64,000 nucleotides of DNA from Squalus acanthias (lineage: Eukaryota), in contig CM059432.1 in assembly GCA_030390025.1 (NCBI GenBank), positions 142,292,001 through 142,356,000 on the forward strand, read 5' to 3'. The position numbers and the translations under genes were made by a program. The notes beneath the pieces are model-generated. The model made no database searches. It worked only from the letters and a program-made list of their open reading frames with translations, and was not told where the DNA came from. This document shows positions 1-12,792 of the stretch, piece after piece (the first letter of the stretch is position 1; every line of letters begins with the position of its first letter).

Positions 1-175
1 GGCCGCCAATGGTGGGACAAAGGAAATTGGGGATGCTCAACAGATCAGAATTGGAGGAGCGCAGAGATCTCGGAAGGTTGTAGGACTGGAGGAGGTTACA
101 GAGATAGGGAGGGGGGCGAGGCCATGAACATAAGAATGAACGTAAGACGGATTTGAACATAAGAATGAGAATAGA
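1..175 (-). mobile_element. L2 LINE 3' fragment
   Basis: Reverse complement matches the L2 3' sequence at 7060-7477 (ctctgtaacctcctccag...ccaccattggcggcc). Confidence 0.7.
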
Positions 176-693
176 TCACTGTTACTCCGTGTAGATCATG
201 CTGAGCTATCCCTGAAATACAGGAAACTGTTGGATATGGGGAGTAACTGTCAAAATACCATCCAATGTATCTACACCAGCAGCTCTCAAGATGCGAGGTG
301 TTACCTGAAGCAGAGACTTTGAACAGGAATGTAAAAAAGTAGGTCTCGTCCGATGGAACCTGAGAGAGCAGGGGAATGAAAATTTAGTAACGGCCTCTGA
401 CTCTCTGCCGCTGGGCTGGTGTAACCTCATCGAAAGTGCGTCAGAAACCTTGCTGACACGCGTGTAAATGAGGAGGGGGGATTTTAACTCACTCCACTGG
501 GTGAGAACGGAACGGGCTGAGCAGTTAAAATGGAGAGGCTCCATTTCCCGCTGCGTTCCCGCTGGATTCAGACGGGGGGACCGTGTTGCGAATATGCTAA
601 TCGGGGTCCCGTGACGTCAATTCTGAAGCGGGGTGTGGTGGGGGAACACGCAGGCAGCTGGTCTGAAGACAGAAGAGTCCCTTCTGGTAAGTA

Positions 694-1370
694 TCATAGA
701 TTCATACAGCACGGAAGGAGGCCATTCGGCCCATCGTGCCTGTGCCGGCTCTTTGAAAGAGCTATCCAATTAGCCCCACTCCCCCTGCTCTTTCCCCATT
801 GACCTGCAAATTTTTTCCTTTTCAAGTATTTATCCAATTCCCTTTTGAAAGTTATTATTGAATCTGCTTCCACCGCCCTTTCAGGCAGCGCGTCCAGATC
901 ACAACAACTCGCTGCGTAGAAAAAAAAATTCTCTGGTTCCTTTGCCAATGATCTTAAATCTGTGTCCTCTGGTTACCGACCCTCCTGCCAGTGGAAACAG
1001 TTTCTCCCTATCCACTCAATCAAAACCCTTCATCGTTTTGAACACTTCTGTATAATCTCCCCTTAACCTCCTCTGCTCCAAAGAAAGAAAGAAAGACTTG
1101 CATTTATACAGCGCCTTTCACGACCACCGGACGTCTCAAAGTGCTTTACAGTCAATGAAGTACTTTTGAAGTGGAGTCACTGTTGTAAGGAGAACAATCC
1201 CGTCTTCTCAGTCTCTCCACATAACTGAAGTCCCTCTATCCCCGGAACCATTCTAGTAAATCTCCTCTGCGCCCTCGCCAAGGCCTTGAAGTCCTTCCTA
1301 AAGTACAGCGCCCAGAATTGGGCACATTACCCCAGCTGGGGCCGAACCCAGTCATTTATAAAAGGTTTAG
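694..1370 (-). mobile_element. Degraded CR1 3' fragment interrupted by a SINE tail (about 1081-1188)
   Basis: Minus-strand peptide ALPERAVEADSIITFKRELDKYL resembles the CR1 ORF2 C-terminus; CR1 3'UTR motif gggccgaatggcctcc. Confidence 0.75.
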
Positions 1371-2307
1371 CTTTTGCATTTAATAATGAAGCTTCCGCTT
1401 GCTTCAGAGGGGAGCCTCAAACGCCAGCCCGGAAAATGGAGTGAGGGCCGAGACTCGGCATCGAGCACCGGTGTCACTCCTTTTTGCCAGATGTCATAGT
1501 TTGGGATGGCCCACCTGCACCCAAAACCGATGGGGTTTACCAGATGCAATAAAAACCCAACAATGCAGCTCCCCCCGCAGTGAATGCATCAGCCCACCCA
1601 CCCCGCAATCTTCTTCGGAACACAGCAACAGCAGAAGCCCACTCAGCCCCTCGAGCCTGTCCCACCATTCAATTAGATCATGGCTGATCTGCATCTCAAC
1701 TCCATCTATCCGCCTTGGTTCCGTCACCCTAAATACCCTTTGCCTAACAATCTATCAATCTCATTTTTGACATTTTCAATTGACCCTCAGCATCAACACC
1801 TTTTTGGGGGAGAGAGTTCGAGATTTCCACCACCCTTTGTGTCAGAAAGAAGGGAGAGTGCTACCTACCATTGAGCCAAACCGACAACTTGCTTGCCAAT
1901 AACTGGCCAAACATGATTAGCTTCTGCATCTGTTAGTGCTTTCAGAGTGACAGCCCAATTAGTCAATTAGACCGATTATGGGGCTATTTATCTGAAATGA
2001 AAAGACCAGTTTGTAATTGCCAGATAATGATTCAGTATCTGAGGATATATTATAGACTAAATGACGCTTTGAAAAGCTATAAATTCCTTTGTTTTGTGTG
2101 TGAATAAAGTGATATTTGAGGATAGAAGATAAAACGAGAGTGAGGTCGCAGGGTTGTGTTAGTTTAAGGACATGTTTAACGCCAGTGTAAACACAATTGA
2201 GCAAAGTGGCACCAAAAATGTGTCAGAAAAATGCTGAAGCTTCTCTGTAGTTATTAACCGGAATGACATCTTGTCACACTGCTCAATTCTTTTTGAAAGA
2301 AGACTTA

Positions 2308-2515
2308 GAGTCATACAGTACAGAAAGAGGTCATTCAGCCCATCGTGCCTGTGCCGGCTCTGTGAAAGAGCGATCCAATTAGTCTCACTCCCCCCTGCTC
2401 TTTCCCCAAAGCCCTGCAAATTTTTTCCTTTTCAAGTATTTATCCAATTCCTTTTTGAAAGTTACTGTTGAATCTGCTTCCACCGCCCTTTCAGGCAGTG
2501 CATTCCCAGATCACA
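2308..2515 (-). mobile_element. CR1 3' end fragment
   Basis: Closely similar to 694-905. Confidence 0.7.
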
Positions 2516-2836
2516 ACAACAACAGCTTCCATTTATATAGCGCCTTTAACGTATTCAAACGTCCCGAGGCGCTGCACAGGAGCGATTATCAAACAAAATT
2601 TGACACCGAGCCACATAAGGAGATATTAGGGCAGATGACCAAAAGCTTGGTCAAAGAGGTAGGTTTTAAGGAGCGTCTCTGCCTCTCTCCTCCTTGAAGA
2701 TCCTGCTTAAAACCCACCTCTTGGATCAATCACCCCTCCTAAAGGCTCCTTCTTTAGCTAGCTGTCAAATTTTTGACTGATATCACTCCTGTAAAGCGTC
2801 TTGGGACATTTTCCTACATTAAAGGCACGATATAAA

Positions 2837-3312
2837 GAAAAAAAGAAAGACTTGCATTTCTATAGCGCCTTTCACGACCACCGGACGTCTCAAAGCGCTT
2901 TACAGCTGATGAAGTACTTTTGAAGTGTAGTCACTGTTGTAATGTGGGAAACGCAGCAGCCAATTTGCACACAGCAAGCTCCCACAAACAGCAATGCGAT
3001 AACGACCAGATAATCTGTTTTTAGTGATGTTGATTGAGGGATAAATATTGGCCCCAGGACACCAGGGAGAACTCCCCTGCTCTTCTTCGATATAGTGCCA
3101 TGGGATCTTTTACGTCCACCCGAGAGAGCAGACGGGGGCCTCGGTTTAACGTCTCATCCGAAAGGCGGCACCTCCGACAGCGCAGCACTCCCTCAGCACT
3201 GCACTGGGAGTGTCAGCCTAGCTTTATGCGCTCAAGTCCCTGGAGTGGGACTATGAACCCACAACCTTCTGACTCAGAGGCGAGTTGTGCTGCCCACTGA
3301 GCCACGGCTGAC
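2837..3312 (-). mobile_element. Full-length tRNA-headed DeuSINE (SacSINE1-like) inserted into an L2 tail
   Basis: tRNA-like head with A/B boxes (ggctcagtgg, ggttcatagtcc), Deu-like core, L2-type tail; flanked by ATATAAA direct repeats at 2830-2836 and 3313-3319. Confidence 0.85.
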
Positions 3313-4114
3313 ATATAAATGCAAGTTGTGGTCAAAGCACGGCGAAGGGCTCTGCACGTGTCTAGCTAACTCAAAAAAAATGACGACAGAAGCAATGAGA
3401 TTTTGAGAGTAAGAAAATCAATGCCATCTGTACGACAACACAGAATCGAACCGGAGTGTCAGGAGTCACTTCACACGAGGGTCAGTTACACATGAGTGAC
3501 AGCAATGGCTCTGAAATGCTTTGGCCTCTGCCCACAGCCGCCCCTCGATCCAGTAAATGGCACATTCTGCATCGATTTTGCTTGCTGGGTATTTGATTGA
3601 TCATTCGGCCGCAGGTTTAACTGTTACTAAAATCAACACTGATGAAGCCATGAAGCAATTTCCACGTTGAGGTAATATGGATAAGATTACACAGGCACAT
3701 GGCAGGGGGGAAATTACAGCATGTAATGTATTGTTTTTCGAAAACAAAATGCTGGAAATGTGTTTCTGGGAATTGTAACAATTAAATAAATGATTTCATC
3801 ACAAATCTAGGAGAATTCCGGCCAGTGTCGTCCTGTCCGTAGTCACTAGCACCATGTGGCTAATTGGGAATCCAGATGTGACTCATTGCATTTCTGATTG
3901 ATGAATAAATGTGATCTCAATACTCATATTCGCGTGGCATATGCACACGAACTTTAACCTGTTCTGTGCGGTGGTTGGTAAAATAGTGAGATGAAAAGCA
4001 GAATATGTGAGTGTTCTTTGATCGTTGTGACAGCTTTACTCCCTTGGTTAGTGAATGGTGATGGATGTTTGTTCAGTAAATATCCACGTGTGCAGTACAT
4101 TTACCTGTATTATG

Positions 4115-4865
4115 ACTATCTCCAACAAGCGAGAGTCTAACCACCGCCCCATGACATTCAACGGCATTACCATTGCCGAATCCCCCACCATCAACATCCT
4201 GGGGGGTCACCATTGACCAGAAACGTAACTGGACCAGCCACATAAATACTGTGGCTACAAGAGCAGGTCAGAGGCTGGGTATTCTGCGGCGAGTGTCTCA
4301 CCTCCTGACTCCCCAAAGCCTTTCCACCATCTACAAGGCACAAGTTAGGAGTCTGATGGAATACTCTCCACTTGCCTGGATGAGTGCAGCTCCAACAACA
4401 TTCAAGAAGCTCGACACCATCCAGGACAAAGCAGCACGCTTGATTGGCACCCCATCCATCATCTTAAACATTCACTCCCTCCACCACCGGCGTACCGTGG
4501 CTGCAGTGTGTACCATCTACAAGATGCACTGCAGCAACTCGCCAAGGCTTCTTTGGCAGCACCTCCCAAACCCACGACCTCTTCCACCTAGAAGGACAAG
4601 GGCAGCAGACGCATGGGAACACCATCACCTCCATGTTCCCCTCCAGGTCACACACCATCCTGACTTAGAAGTATATCGCCGTTCCTTCATCGTCGCTAGG
4701 TCAAAATCCTGGAACTCCCTCCCTAACAACACTGTAGGAGTACCTTCTGGACTGTAGCGGTCGAAGAAGGCAGCTCACCACCACCTTCTCAAGGGCAATT
4801 AGGGCTGGGCAATAAATGCTGGCCTTGCCAGCGACGCCCACATCCCATAAACTAATTAAAAAAAA
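4115..4865 (+). mobile_element. Non-LTR retrotransposon 3' fragment (CR1/Jockey-group RT C-terminus)
   Basis: ORF 4173-4757 with GVTIDQK..W..HI..YKAQVRSLMEYS; ends in AATAAA and an A-rich tail. Confidence 0.8.
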
Positions 4866-4936
4866 TTGTGTAAGGAGTTTTCTACTAAAAATTAACGCAT
4901 GTAGCGAAAACAGTATTGCCATAGCCACACCTGTGA

Positions 4937-5317
4937 CTAGTCAGCGATTTCTATTTGACAACTCCAATCTAGTCAGCGATTTCTATTGGATGATTCAGCT
5001 CTAGACAGCGATTTCTATTGGATGATTCAGCTCTAGACAGGGATTTCTATTGGATGACTCTGATCTAGTCAATGATTTCTATTGGATGACACAGATCTAG
5101 TCAGCGATTTCTATTGGACCACACTGATCTAGCCAGCGATTCTTATTGGACGATTCAGCTCTAGACAGTGATTTCTATTGGATGACTCTGATCTAGTCAA
5201 TGATTTCTATTGGCTGACACAGATCTAGTCAGCGATTTCTATTGGACCACACTGATCTAGTCAGCGATTCTTATTGGACGATTCAGCTCTAGACAGTGAT
5301 TTCTATTGGACGACACT
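4937..5317. repeat. 32-bp tandem array, 12 units, with a 128-bp higher-order repeat
   Basis: CTAG recurs every 32 nt from 4937 to 5289; core GATTTCTATTGGA; 5033-5160 is nearly identical to 5161-5288. Confidence 0.95.
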
Positions 5318-6559
5318 TTTACGTCGACCTGAGAGGCCAGACGGGGGCCTCAGTTTAACGTCTCATCCGAAAGACAGCACCTCCGACAGTGCAGCAATCC
5401 CTCAGTACTGCACTGGAGTGACAGCCTGGATCCCTGTGCTTAAGTCTCTGGAGTGGGACTTGAACCCACAACCTTCTCGAAGCGAGAGTGCTACCAACTG
5501 CGCCACGATCAGCCTAATGAAAGTTAAGTGGTGACCATACACATGCTTTGAAGGCTGGGGCAGTAAACAGTCTTCCGAAAGAATTAAATAGTAAGGCAAA
5601 CATGTGTCTGATTGATGATCTAATGAAAGTAGCGCATTGATTTAGTCGTGCGGTTTTGCTTTTGCAAATTATTACAGCTGACAGTGCTACTTGCTTAATT
5701 GCCTTTCAACAATCATAACAACACATAATTATTGCTAATTTGTAGTCAAAATCTGTGGCCGCATTTGTAAAGTTCAAGAAATTCCATATGCTTAAAGCCC
5801 CGGGAGACTCGCAACAGTCAGGGCTGAGAAATTGCATCAAGTATGATCTGGTAAATAGCAGCCCAGCAAACTGGTCCGAGCCTCTATATTCCAAACGAGC
5901 TGACGTACTCCCAAGACTGACCTGAAATTGGTTGCCGGGCCCTCGTTTGCTTAAATTCGGGCCGGCGGGCCTATTTGGAAGGGAGGATGTCGAGCCGCTT
6001 CCCTCGGCAGCAGTGGCAACCTGAGGGCAGGGGTGGGGCAGGCTGGAGGGGGTGAGGGAAGGAGCCCGACTGCCAGTTATGGCGGAGCCGGGGAGTGCCC
6101 CTGATCCCTGGGACGGACAGATTGCAGAGTAACTCATCAAAGCGTTTGCTCACTCTCAGTTGGTGCTTCTGCTGCCACTACCCCGTCGAAAGGTTTTATC
6201 ACAGCGCCGTGTTTTGGCTGATATTTTGATAATTTTGTCACAGATCTTCTTTAACCTTCTGTGTTTGAACATTTCCCATGGGGGGGGGGGGGAGAAAAAA
6301 AACTCCTTTGTAGTGTTTCTGAGTTTCTCTTGGTGACTCTCGATTTGGTTTTCCTGTCCCCGCTATGTGGGTATGATATCTGAATAGATTAGAGCGGGGA
6401 AATTGGGTGAAAACATCAGGGGATCCCAATGGAACACAACAGATGCCCGACAGGTCAGATAGTGCACTTCTGTGCTTGGGAATTAAATAATTGCTTGGGC
6501 AGAACACATGGAGGAACGGCGAGTGGACGCTGGTGAGCAATCTCCGCACTAGGTGGCTA

Positions 6560-6787
6560 GTCGTGGCTCAGTGGCTGGCTCTCTTGCCTGAGCCAGAAGG
6601 TCATGGGTTCAAGTCTCACACCAGAGACACGTACAATAAATCTAGGCTGACATTCCCAGTGCAGGACTGAGGGAGTGCTGCACTGTCGGAGGTGCTGTCT
6701 TTGTTAAACCGAGGCCCCTACCTGTCCTCTCAGGTGGATGTAAAAGATCCCACAGCACTATTCAAACTACAGCAGGGGAGTTCTCCT
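6560..6787 (+). mobile_element. DeuSINE 5' half
   Basis: gtggctcagtgg...gggttcaagtc head followed by the shared core. Confidence 0.8.
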
Positions 6788-7059
6788 GTTGCATTCCAGA
6801 ACTGCGGAGGATAAGCTTTTATTAATGCTTAGGAAGATTCCTAATAAAATAGTTGACAGGTTAAGATGATTGACTTTGTTGCCTGGTACTTCAGGGCAGG
6901 TACTTGGCCTTGAATAGCATCAAGCCAACAATTGTCTTACTGACTCACATTCAGACCCTGCACATCAGCAAGATGCTCCCTCACTTGATAAAATAATCAT
7001 TTGTTTGAGGAGAACCTCCTTGTGTCTCACACAGGACATCCCTCCTTTCACTTCTAATT

Positions 7060-7477
7060 TTAAAATCTAAAAAATTTAAAGTTCTCATCCTTGTTTAGAA
7101 ATCTCTCCATGGCGTCGCCCCCTCCCTACCTCTGTAACCTCCTCCAGCCCTACAGCCCACCGAGAACTCTGCTCTTCTCCAATCCTGACCTCTTGCGCAT
7201 CCCCGATTTTAATCGTTCCACCATTGGTGGCCGTGCCTTCAGCTGCCTGGGCCCCGAGCTCTGGCATTCCCTTCCTAAACCTCTCCTCCTCTCTCTCCAC
7301 CTTTAAGACTATCCTTAAAACCTATCTCTTTGACCAAGCTTTTGGTCATCTGGCCTAATATCTCCTTATGTGGCTCGGTGTCAAATTTTGGTTGATAATC
7401 GCTCCTGTGAAGCGCCTTAGGAGGTTTTACTATGTTAAAGGCGCTATATAAATGCAAGTTGTTGTTGTTGTTGATGT
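7060..7477 (+). mobile_element. L2 LINE 3' end
   Basis: Peptide PPYLCNLL..YSPPRTL..GGRAFS..GPELWHSLP; (GTT)n tail. Confidence 0.85.
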
Positions 7478-8582
7478 TGACAAACTTCAAGAATACAACC
7501 AGGCTTCTCCATCCAATCTTGATTCTTGCACACGCTCAATTTCCGTTCTACGCCAACACCAGTTAGCCCTGGGATTCCCGCTGGCCCGCTCTCTGGGCAA
7601 ATGTACCTGCTTCACTCGTTTAACTGTTGGTCATTATTTCTGATGCTCCTTAGCCTGCTTCACTAATGGGAGATCGCATGCTTTACCCGTGCAGTTAAAA
7701 ACAGTCATAGCAGGGGTTAACAGGCAGTCATTCAGAAACAGTTAACCCCTGCAGAGCAGACCAACAGCAATTTCTAAACTTAGTTATAAACTTGCAGGGC
7801 TTTGGGGTAAGAGCCGGACTAAGAGTGGGACTAATTGGATAGTTCTTTCAAAGAGCCGGCACAGGCACGATGGGCCAAATGGCCTCCTTCTGTGCTGTAA
7901 GATTCTAGTCCAAGAGTCAATATGACACATGCGAACTTGTTGAACTGCCCTTTTAATGGTTATGGTGTTGAAACTAACTCCCAGGTATCTGTTGTTCCCC
8001 ACGTAATTGATTATGAATATTGACATTGGTTACAAAGATCAGGGAACAAGAACCATTTGGAACCAGTGACGACTTAGACTGTTCTGGATAGGAGAGAGTT
8101 GATATAAAAATGAATGCCAGTGAAAGGAGCAACTTCTGTGCTCCATACATAGTCTTGAAATGGGCAATAATGCAATGTCTTCCCCTACTCAAGCTACTGA
8201 GATAAAATGTAATTAATGCTCAGATTAAAGTAGTGGTTTCAAATGCACAGCAAATGATCTAATTAAGGCAGGTTGAGGCCCAGCACTCGTGTGCTCTTGC
8301 AGAACGAGCGGACCTGGTTTGCTGTTTATGACTGCTGTTCAGTCTCATAGTCGACTGAAGGAAGATCTTATTTTTGTCATTGATTAAGCAACAAGGGGTG
8401 GATGGGGATTTCAATTCCATCTCATTCCTGAGTCTCCGGGGGCCTCGACTCCAAAGAAATCTGACCACCTCTGGGCTTATTGCCGCAGTTTAAGACTGAA
8501 GCTCGGGCAGGAGAATCCAACAAGAGTGTTGCTGCTCAGATTGGAAATAAAAACAGATTGAAGATCACATCAGCAATTGTGC

Positions 8583-8886
8583 TCTTGCATTTCTATAGCG
8601 CCTTTCACAGCCTCGGTACGCCCCAAAGCGCTTTACAGCCAATGAAGTACTTTTGAAGTGTAATCACTGTTATAATGTAGGAAACACAGCAGCCAATTTG
8701 CGCACAGCAAGGTCCCACAAACAGCAATGTGATAATGACCTGATCATCTGTTTTTTTAGTGATGTTGGTTGAGGGATAAATATTGGCCCAGGACACCTGG
8801 GAGAAATCCCCTGCTCTTCTTCGAATAGTGCCATGGGATCTTTTACGTCCACCTGAGAGAGCAGACGGGGGCCGCAGTTCAACATC
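8583..8886 (-). mobile_element. DeuSINE 3' part
   Basis: Matches the other DeuSINE copies in the window. Confidence 0.8.
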
Positions 8887-8991
8887 TTTAAAATAAGTTG
8901 TGTTTATTCGGAGAAAGAAGAACTTGCTTTTATGAAGTCTGATCACAGCCTTAGGATATCCCAAAGCGCTTCACAACCAATGTTATTTGAG

Positions 8992-9200
8992 AAGTTGCAC
9001 AACACCAGGTTATAGTCCAACAGCTTTATTTGAAATCACAAGCTTTCGGAGCGCTGCTCCTTCGTCAGGTGAAGTGACTTCTGACGAAGGAGCAGCCGCT
9101 CCGAAGGCTTGTGATTTCAAATAAAACTGTTGGACTATAACCTGGTGTTGTGCGACTTCTCACTTTTGTCCACCCCAGTCCAACACCGGCATCTCCGCAT
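8992..9200. mobile_element. Penelope-like remnant: inverted pseudo-LTR hairpin with hammerhead cores
   Basis: Inverted arms of about 80 bp; CTGACGA..GAAA core; 14-bp TSD CAATGTTATTTGAG at 8978-8991 and 9201-9214. Confidence 0.8.
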
Positions 9201-9477
9201 CAATGTTATTTGAGGACTGGATATTTCTGAAGTTATAAAGCCTATGAGGTATTTTCATCACACTGCTATTTTATTCCTGATTAACTTCTCCCTTCAAACA
9301 CCGCGCACCTTTTCCTGGCAACATACTCCCAGGTCTTTGCCGATATTGATTTCAGGTGGCCAGCGCAGGTGAGATTCAGTCATGTTCTGAACTTCCATCT
9401 TTCCCTCGGAAGAAACAATCAGACTCTGCTTGACATCTCGCCTCGATGGTCCTACCGAGACCAAGAGCTCATCTTGG

Positions 9478-10040
9478 TTTTTTTTAAATTCCTTTATGGG
9501 ATGTGGGCGTCGCTGGCAAGGCAAGCATTTATTGCCCATCCCTAATTGCCCTTGAGCAGGTGGTGGTGAGCCACCTTCTTGAATCGCTGCAGTCCGTGTG
9601 GTGAAGGTACTCCCACACAGTGCTGTTCGGGAGGGAGTTCCAGGATTTTGACCCAGCGACGATGAAGGAACGGCGATATATTTCTAAGTCAGGATGGTGT
9701 GTGACGTGGAGGGGAACTTGCAGGTGGTGGTGTTCCCATGCACCTGCTGCCCTTGTCTTTCTAGGTGGAAGAGGTCGCGGGTTTGGGAGGTGCTGTCGAA
9801 GAAGCCTTGGCGAGTTGCTGCAGTGTATCTTATAGATGGTACACACTGCAGCCACGGTACACCGGTGGTGGAGGGAGTGAATGTTTAAGGTGGTGGATGG
9901 GGTGCCAATCAAGCGTGCTGCTTTGTCCTGGATAGTGTCGAGCTTCTTGAGTGTTGTTGGAGCTGCACTCATCCAGGCAAGTGGAGAGTATTCCATCACA
10001 CTCCTGACTTGTGCCTTGTAGATGGTGGAAAGGCTTTGGG
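9478..10040 (-). mobile_element. Non-LTR retrotransposon 3' fragment, same family as 4115-4865
   Basis: ORF 9529-10056 nearly identical in peptide (YKAQVRSVMEYSPLAW). Confidence 0.85.
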
Positions 10041-10396
10041 GAGAATATACATCCAATCACTCTATGGCAGAGTGTAGTACAACGCCGTCACATTGGGCCA
10101 CCGGAGCAGTGTAGCGTCTTTATTGGTTTTTTTAATCAATCGCTGTAAGGTAATGTTTAAACTGTAACTTTTTGCATGTAATTTTTCTTTCTTCAAAGCT
10201 TTTACCTTGCATAGCATTTTTTTTGGCTTCCGTGCATCTTAAATTGAGGTTCATAGATTCTTATTAAAATACACAAAACTTGTCTCAAAGTTCCTTCTGT
10301 ATTCTTTTGAATAAAAACTGACTTTTAATATGTTTTGCCATTTTGTATTGCACTGGTTAAAGTACTGGGGAATATACCAAATACACTGATGACTTC

Positions 10397-10843
10397 AGGC
10401 TCAGTGTAGCACCCTCGCCTCTGAGTCAGAAGGTTCAAGTCCCACTCCAGAGGCTTAAGCACAACATCCAGACTGACACTTCAGTGCAGTGCTGAGGGAG
10501 TGCTGCACTGTCTGAGGTGCCGTCTTTGGGATGAGACACTAAACCGAGGCCACGTCTGCCCTCTCAGGTGGATGTAAAAGATCCCGTGGCACTATTTGAA
10601 GCAGAGCAGGGGAGTTCTCCCATGGAGTCCTGACCATTATTTATCCCTCAACCAACATCACTAAAAACAGACTATCTGGTCATTATCTCATTGCTGTTTG
10701 TGGGAGCTTGCTGTGCGCAAATTAGCTGCAGCTGTTCCTACATTACAACAGTGACTACACTTCAAAAGTACTTCATTGGCTGTAAAGCTCTTTGGGATGT
10801 CCTGAGTTTGTGAAAGGCGCTGTAGAAAAGCAAATCTTTCTTT
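10397..10843 (+). mobile_element. DeuSINE, near full length
   Basis: Head, core and tail present. Confidence 0.85.
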
Positions 10844-11319
10844 AAATTCTTCTTTCCTATCGGAGAATTATTAACATGTTAATTGCAAAAGCAAACTCTT
10901 CCACCTTTGAGATGTTGTGTTTGCAAGTTTACTACTGCAAGAGGAGGCAGAAAAGGGTGTGAATTTCCTTAGAGCCACTCCCGTAACTTTGCCGGAAGTG
11001 CAGCGGAAGCCTCGCTTACCTTCGCACTTCCGATGAAGTTACGGCAGTGGAGTGGAATCGGATCTGAGGAAATTCCCGGCCGTCATCATTACGTGTAACG
11101 ACCGACCTGTCAGGGAAACAATCCTGAGAAGGAAGAAGGTCATTAAAGTTTCAACATTAACACCTGCGAGAAAAATATCTACTTTTGGTTCAAATCCCTC
11201 CATGGCCTCGGCCCCTCCCTATCTCTGTAACCTCCTCCAGCCCTACAACCCGACAAGATCTCTGCGCTCCTCCAATTCTGGCCTCTTGCGCATCCCCGAT
11301 TTCAATCACCCCACCATTG

Positions 11320-11870
11320 GCTTACTGCCATTCCTGTTGACTGAATGACTCTTTAATCCACTCATTATGTCGGTAATAGTTTTTGGATGTTTCCATTTCC
11401 TGCTACCATCTCATTTGTTCCATAGGTTACGTGTTGAACTTTTGAAACCTGTATCACTTACTCATTCTATTAAAGGTTTTGAAGCACAACTTCAGAGTGA
11501 GTGTACAGTCCAAATTTCAGGACTGAAAGATGACACTGTACATATGGTAAACACACAATACAGGCTACAACCCTCCGAGAACTCTGTGTTCCTCCAATTC
11601 TGGCCTCTTGCGTATCCCCGATTTCAATCGCTCCACCATTGGTGGCTGTGCCTTCAGCTGCCTAGGCCCTAAGCTCTGGAATTCCCTCCCTAAACCTCTC
11701 CGCCTCTCCACCTCTCTTTCCTACCTCTTTGGCCAAGCTTTTGGTCATCTGCCCTAATATCTCCTTACGTGGCTCAGTGTCAAATTTTTGTCTGATAATC
11801 GCTCCTGTGAAGCACCTTGGGATTTTTTTACTATGTTACAGGCACGGTATAGATGCAAGTTGTTGTTGTT
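11320..11870 (+). repeat. Unclassified 245-bp segment fused to an L2 3' end; inverted duplicate at 22583-23149
   Basis: ORFs 11367(+) and 23102(-) give near-identical peptides; both copies share the junction acacacaatacagg|ctacaaccctcc. Confidence 0.9.
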
Positions 11871-11964
11871 ATAAGCCCCGTGATCTTTGGTTCAACTGTA
11901 TATTTGCACGTCACAGGATGCCAGGTACAGTAAGGTGGATATATCATCGGCAGAGGTTTCAGAT

Positions 11965-12228
11965 GCTACAACAACATCTTGCATTTATATAGCACCTTTA
12001 ACATAGTTAAAATGTCCCAAGGCGTTTCAGAGGAGCGATTATCAAACAAAATTTGACACTGAGCCACATAAGGCGACATTAGGACAGGCGGCTAAACGCT
12101 TGGTCAAAGTGAGAGATTTTAAGGAGCGTTTTAAAGGAGGAGAGAGAGGCAGCGAGGCGGAGAGGTTTAGGGAGGGAGTTCCAGAGCTTTAGGGCCCAGG
12201 CAGCTGAAGGCACGGCCGCCAATGGTCA
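11965..12228 (-). mobile_element. L2 3' end
   Basis: Reverse complement of the L2 tail. Confidence 0.8.
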
Positions 12229-12792
12229 ACATTCCTTTGAAAACCAAGAGACAGAAGCGATAACTCGAGATTGTTTTCTTTTGTGTCGTTCATTCATCTC
12301 AACGAGTGGAAAGCGATCAGTTCAACCTTTAAAAACCTTAATCTCCTGAATTCTATTTATACTGCATTAAATGTACCAACACCTTCTGGATCATTCCGCA
12401 CATTCACTTGACAGAAGTGAGATATAACGGAGTGAAAGGTGACGGTTTTGAATTATACAGCAGCCGGAAAAACTGACCTTTAACTTGTGGTTAAGGTGAT
12501 AACGGTCACTTTTCAACTAATGGATGGCAAAGGTCGCTATCAAAGTAGTCACTGGCAGTAACTGGCTGTTGTATGCTCTCCAAACTGAGTCCCAATCACA
12601 CGGTGATCCCTAGAGCGACATCAGCGGGCTCCATTTGAACTGTACACGCCATGCGAGCAGGCCGCTCGTTTTTATCCCAAGCCCGATTTATTCCTTTCCG
12701 TTGACTTCAGCCGAAAGGAATAAATGCCAACGCTGTGGAATAGAACACTTTTGCGCTTTCCCACTGGAAGCTCCCAAGACCAATGTTGCATG

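Noticed and set aside
4937..5317. CRISPR-like periodic array
   Set aside because: The variable parts are related to one another rather than unique spacers; there are no cas genes and the context is vertebrate-like.
12474..12486. DR1-like nuclear receptor site TGACCTTTAACTT
   Set aside because: A single short motif is expected by chance in 64 kb.
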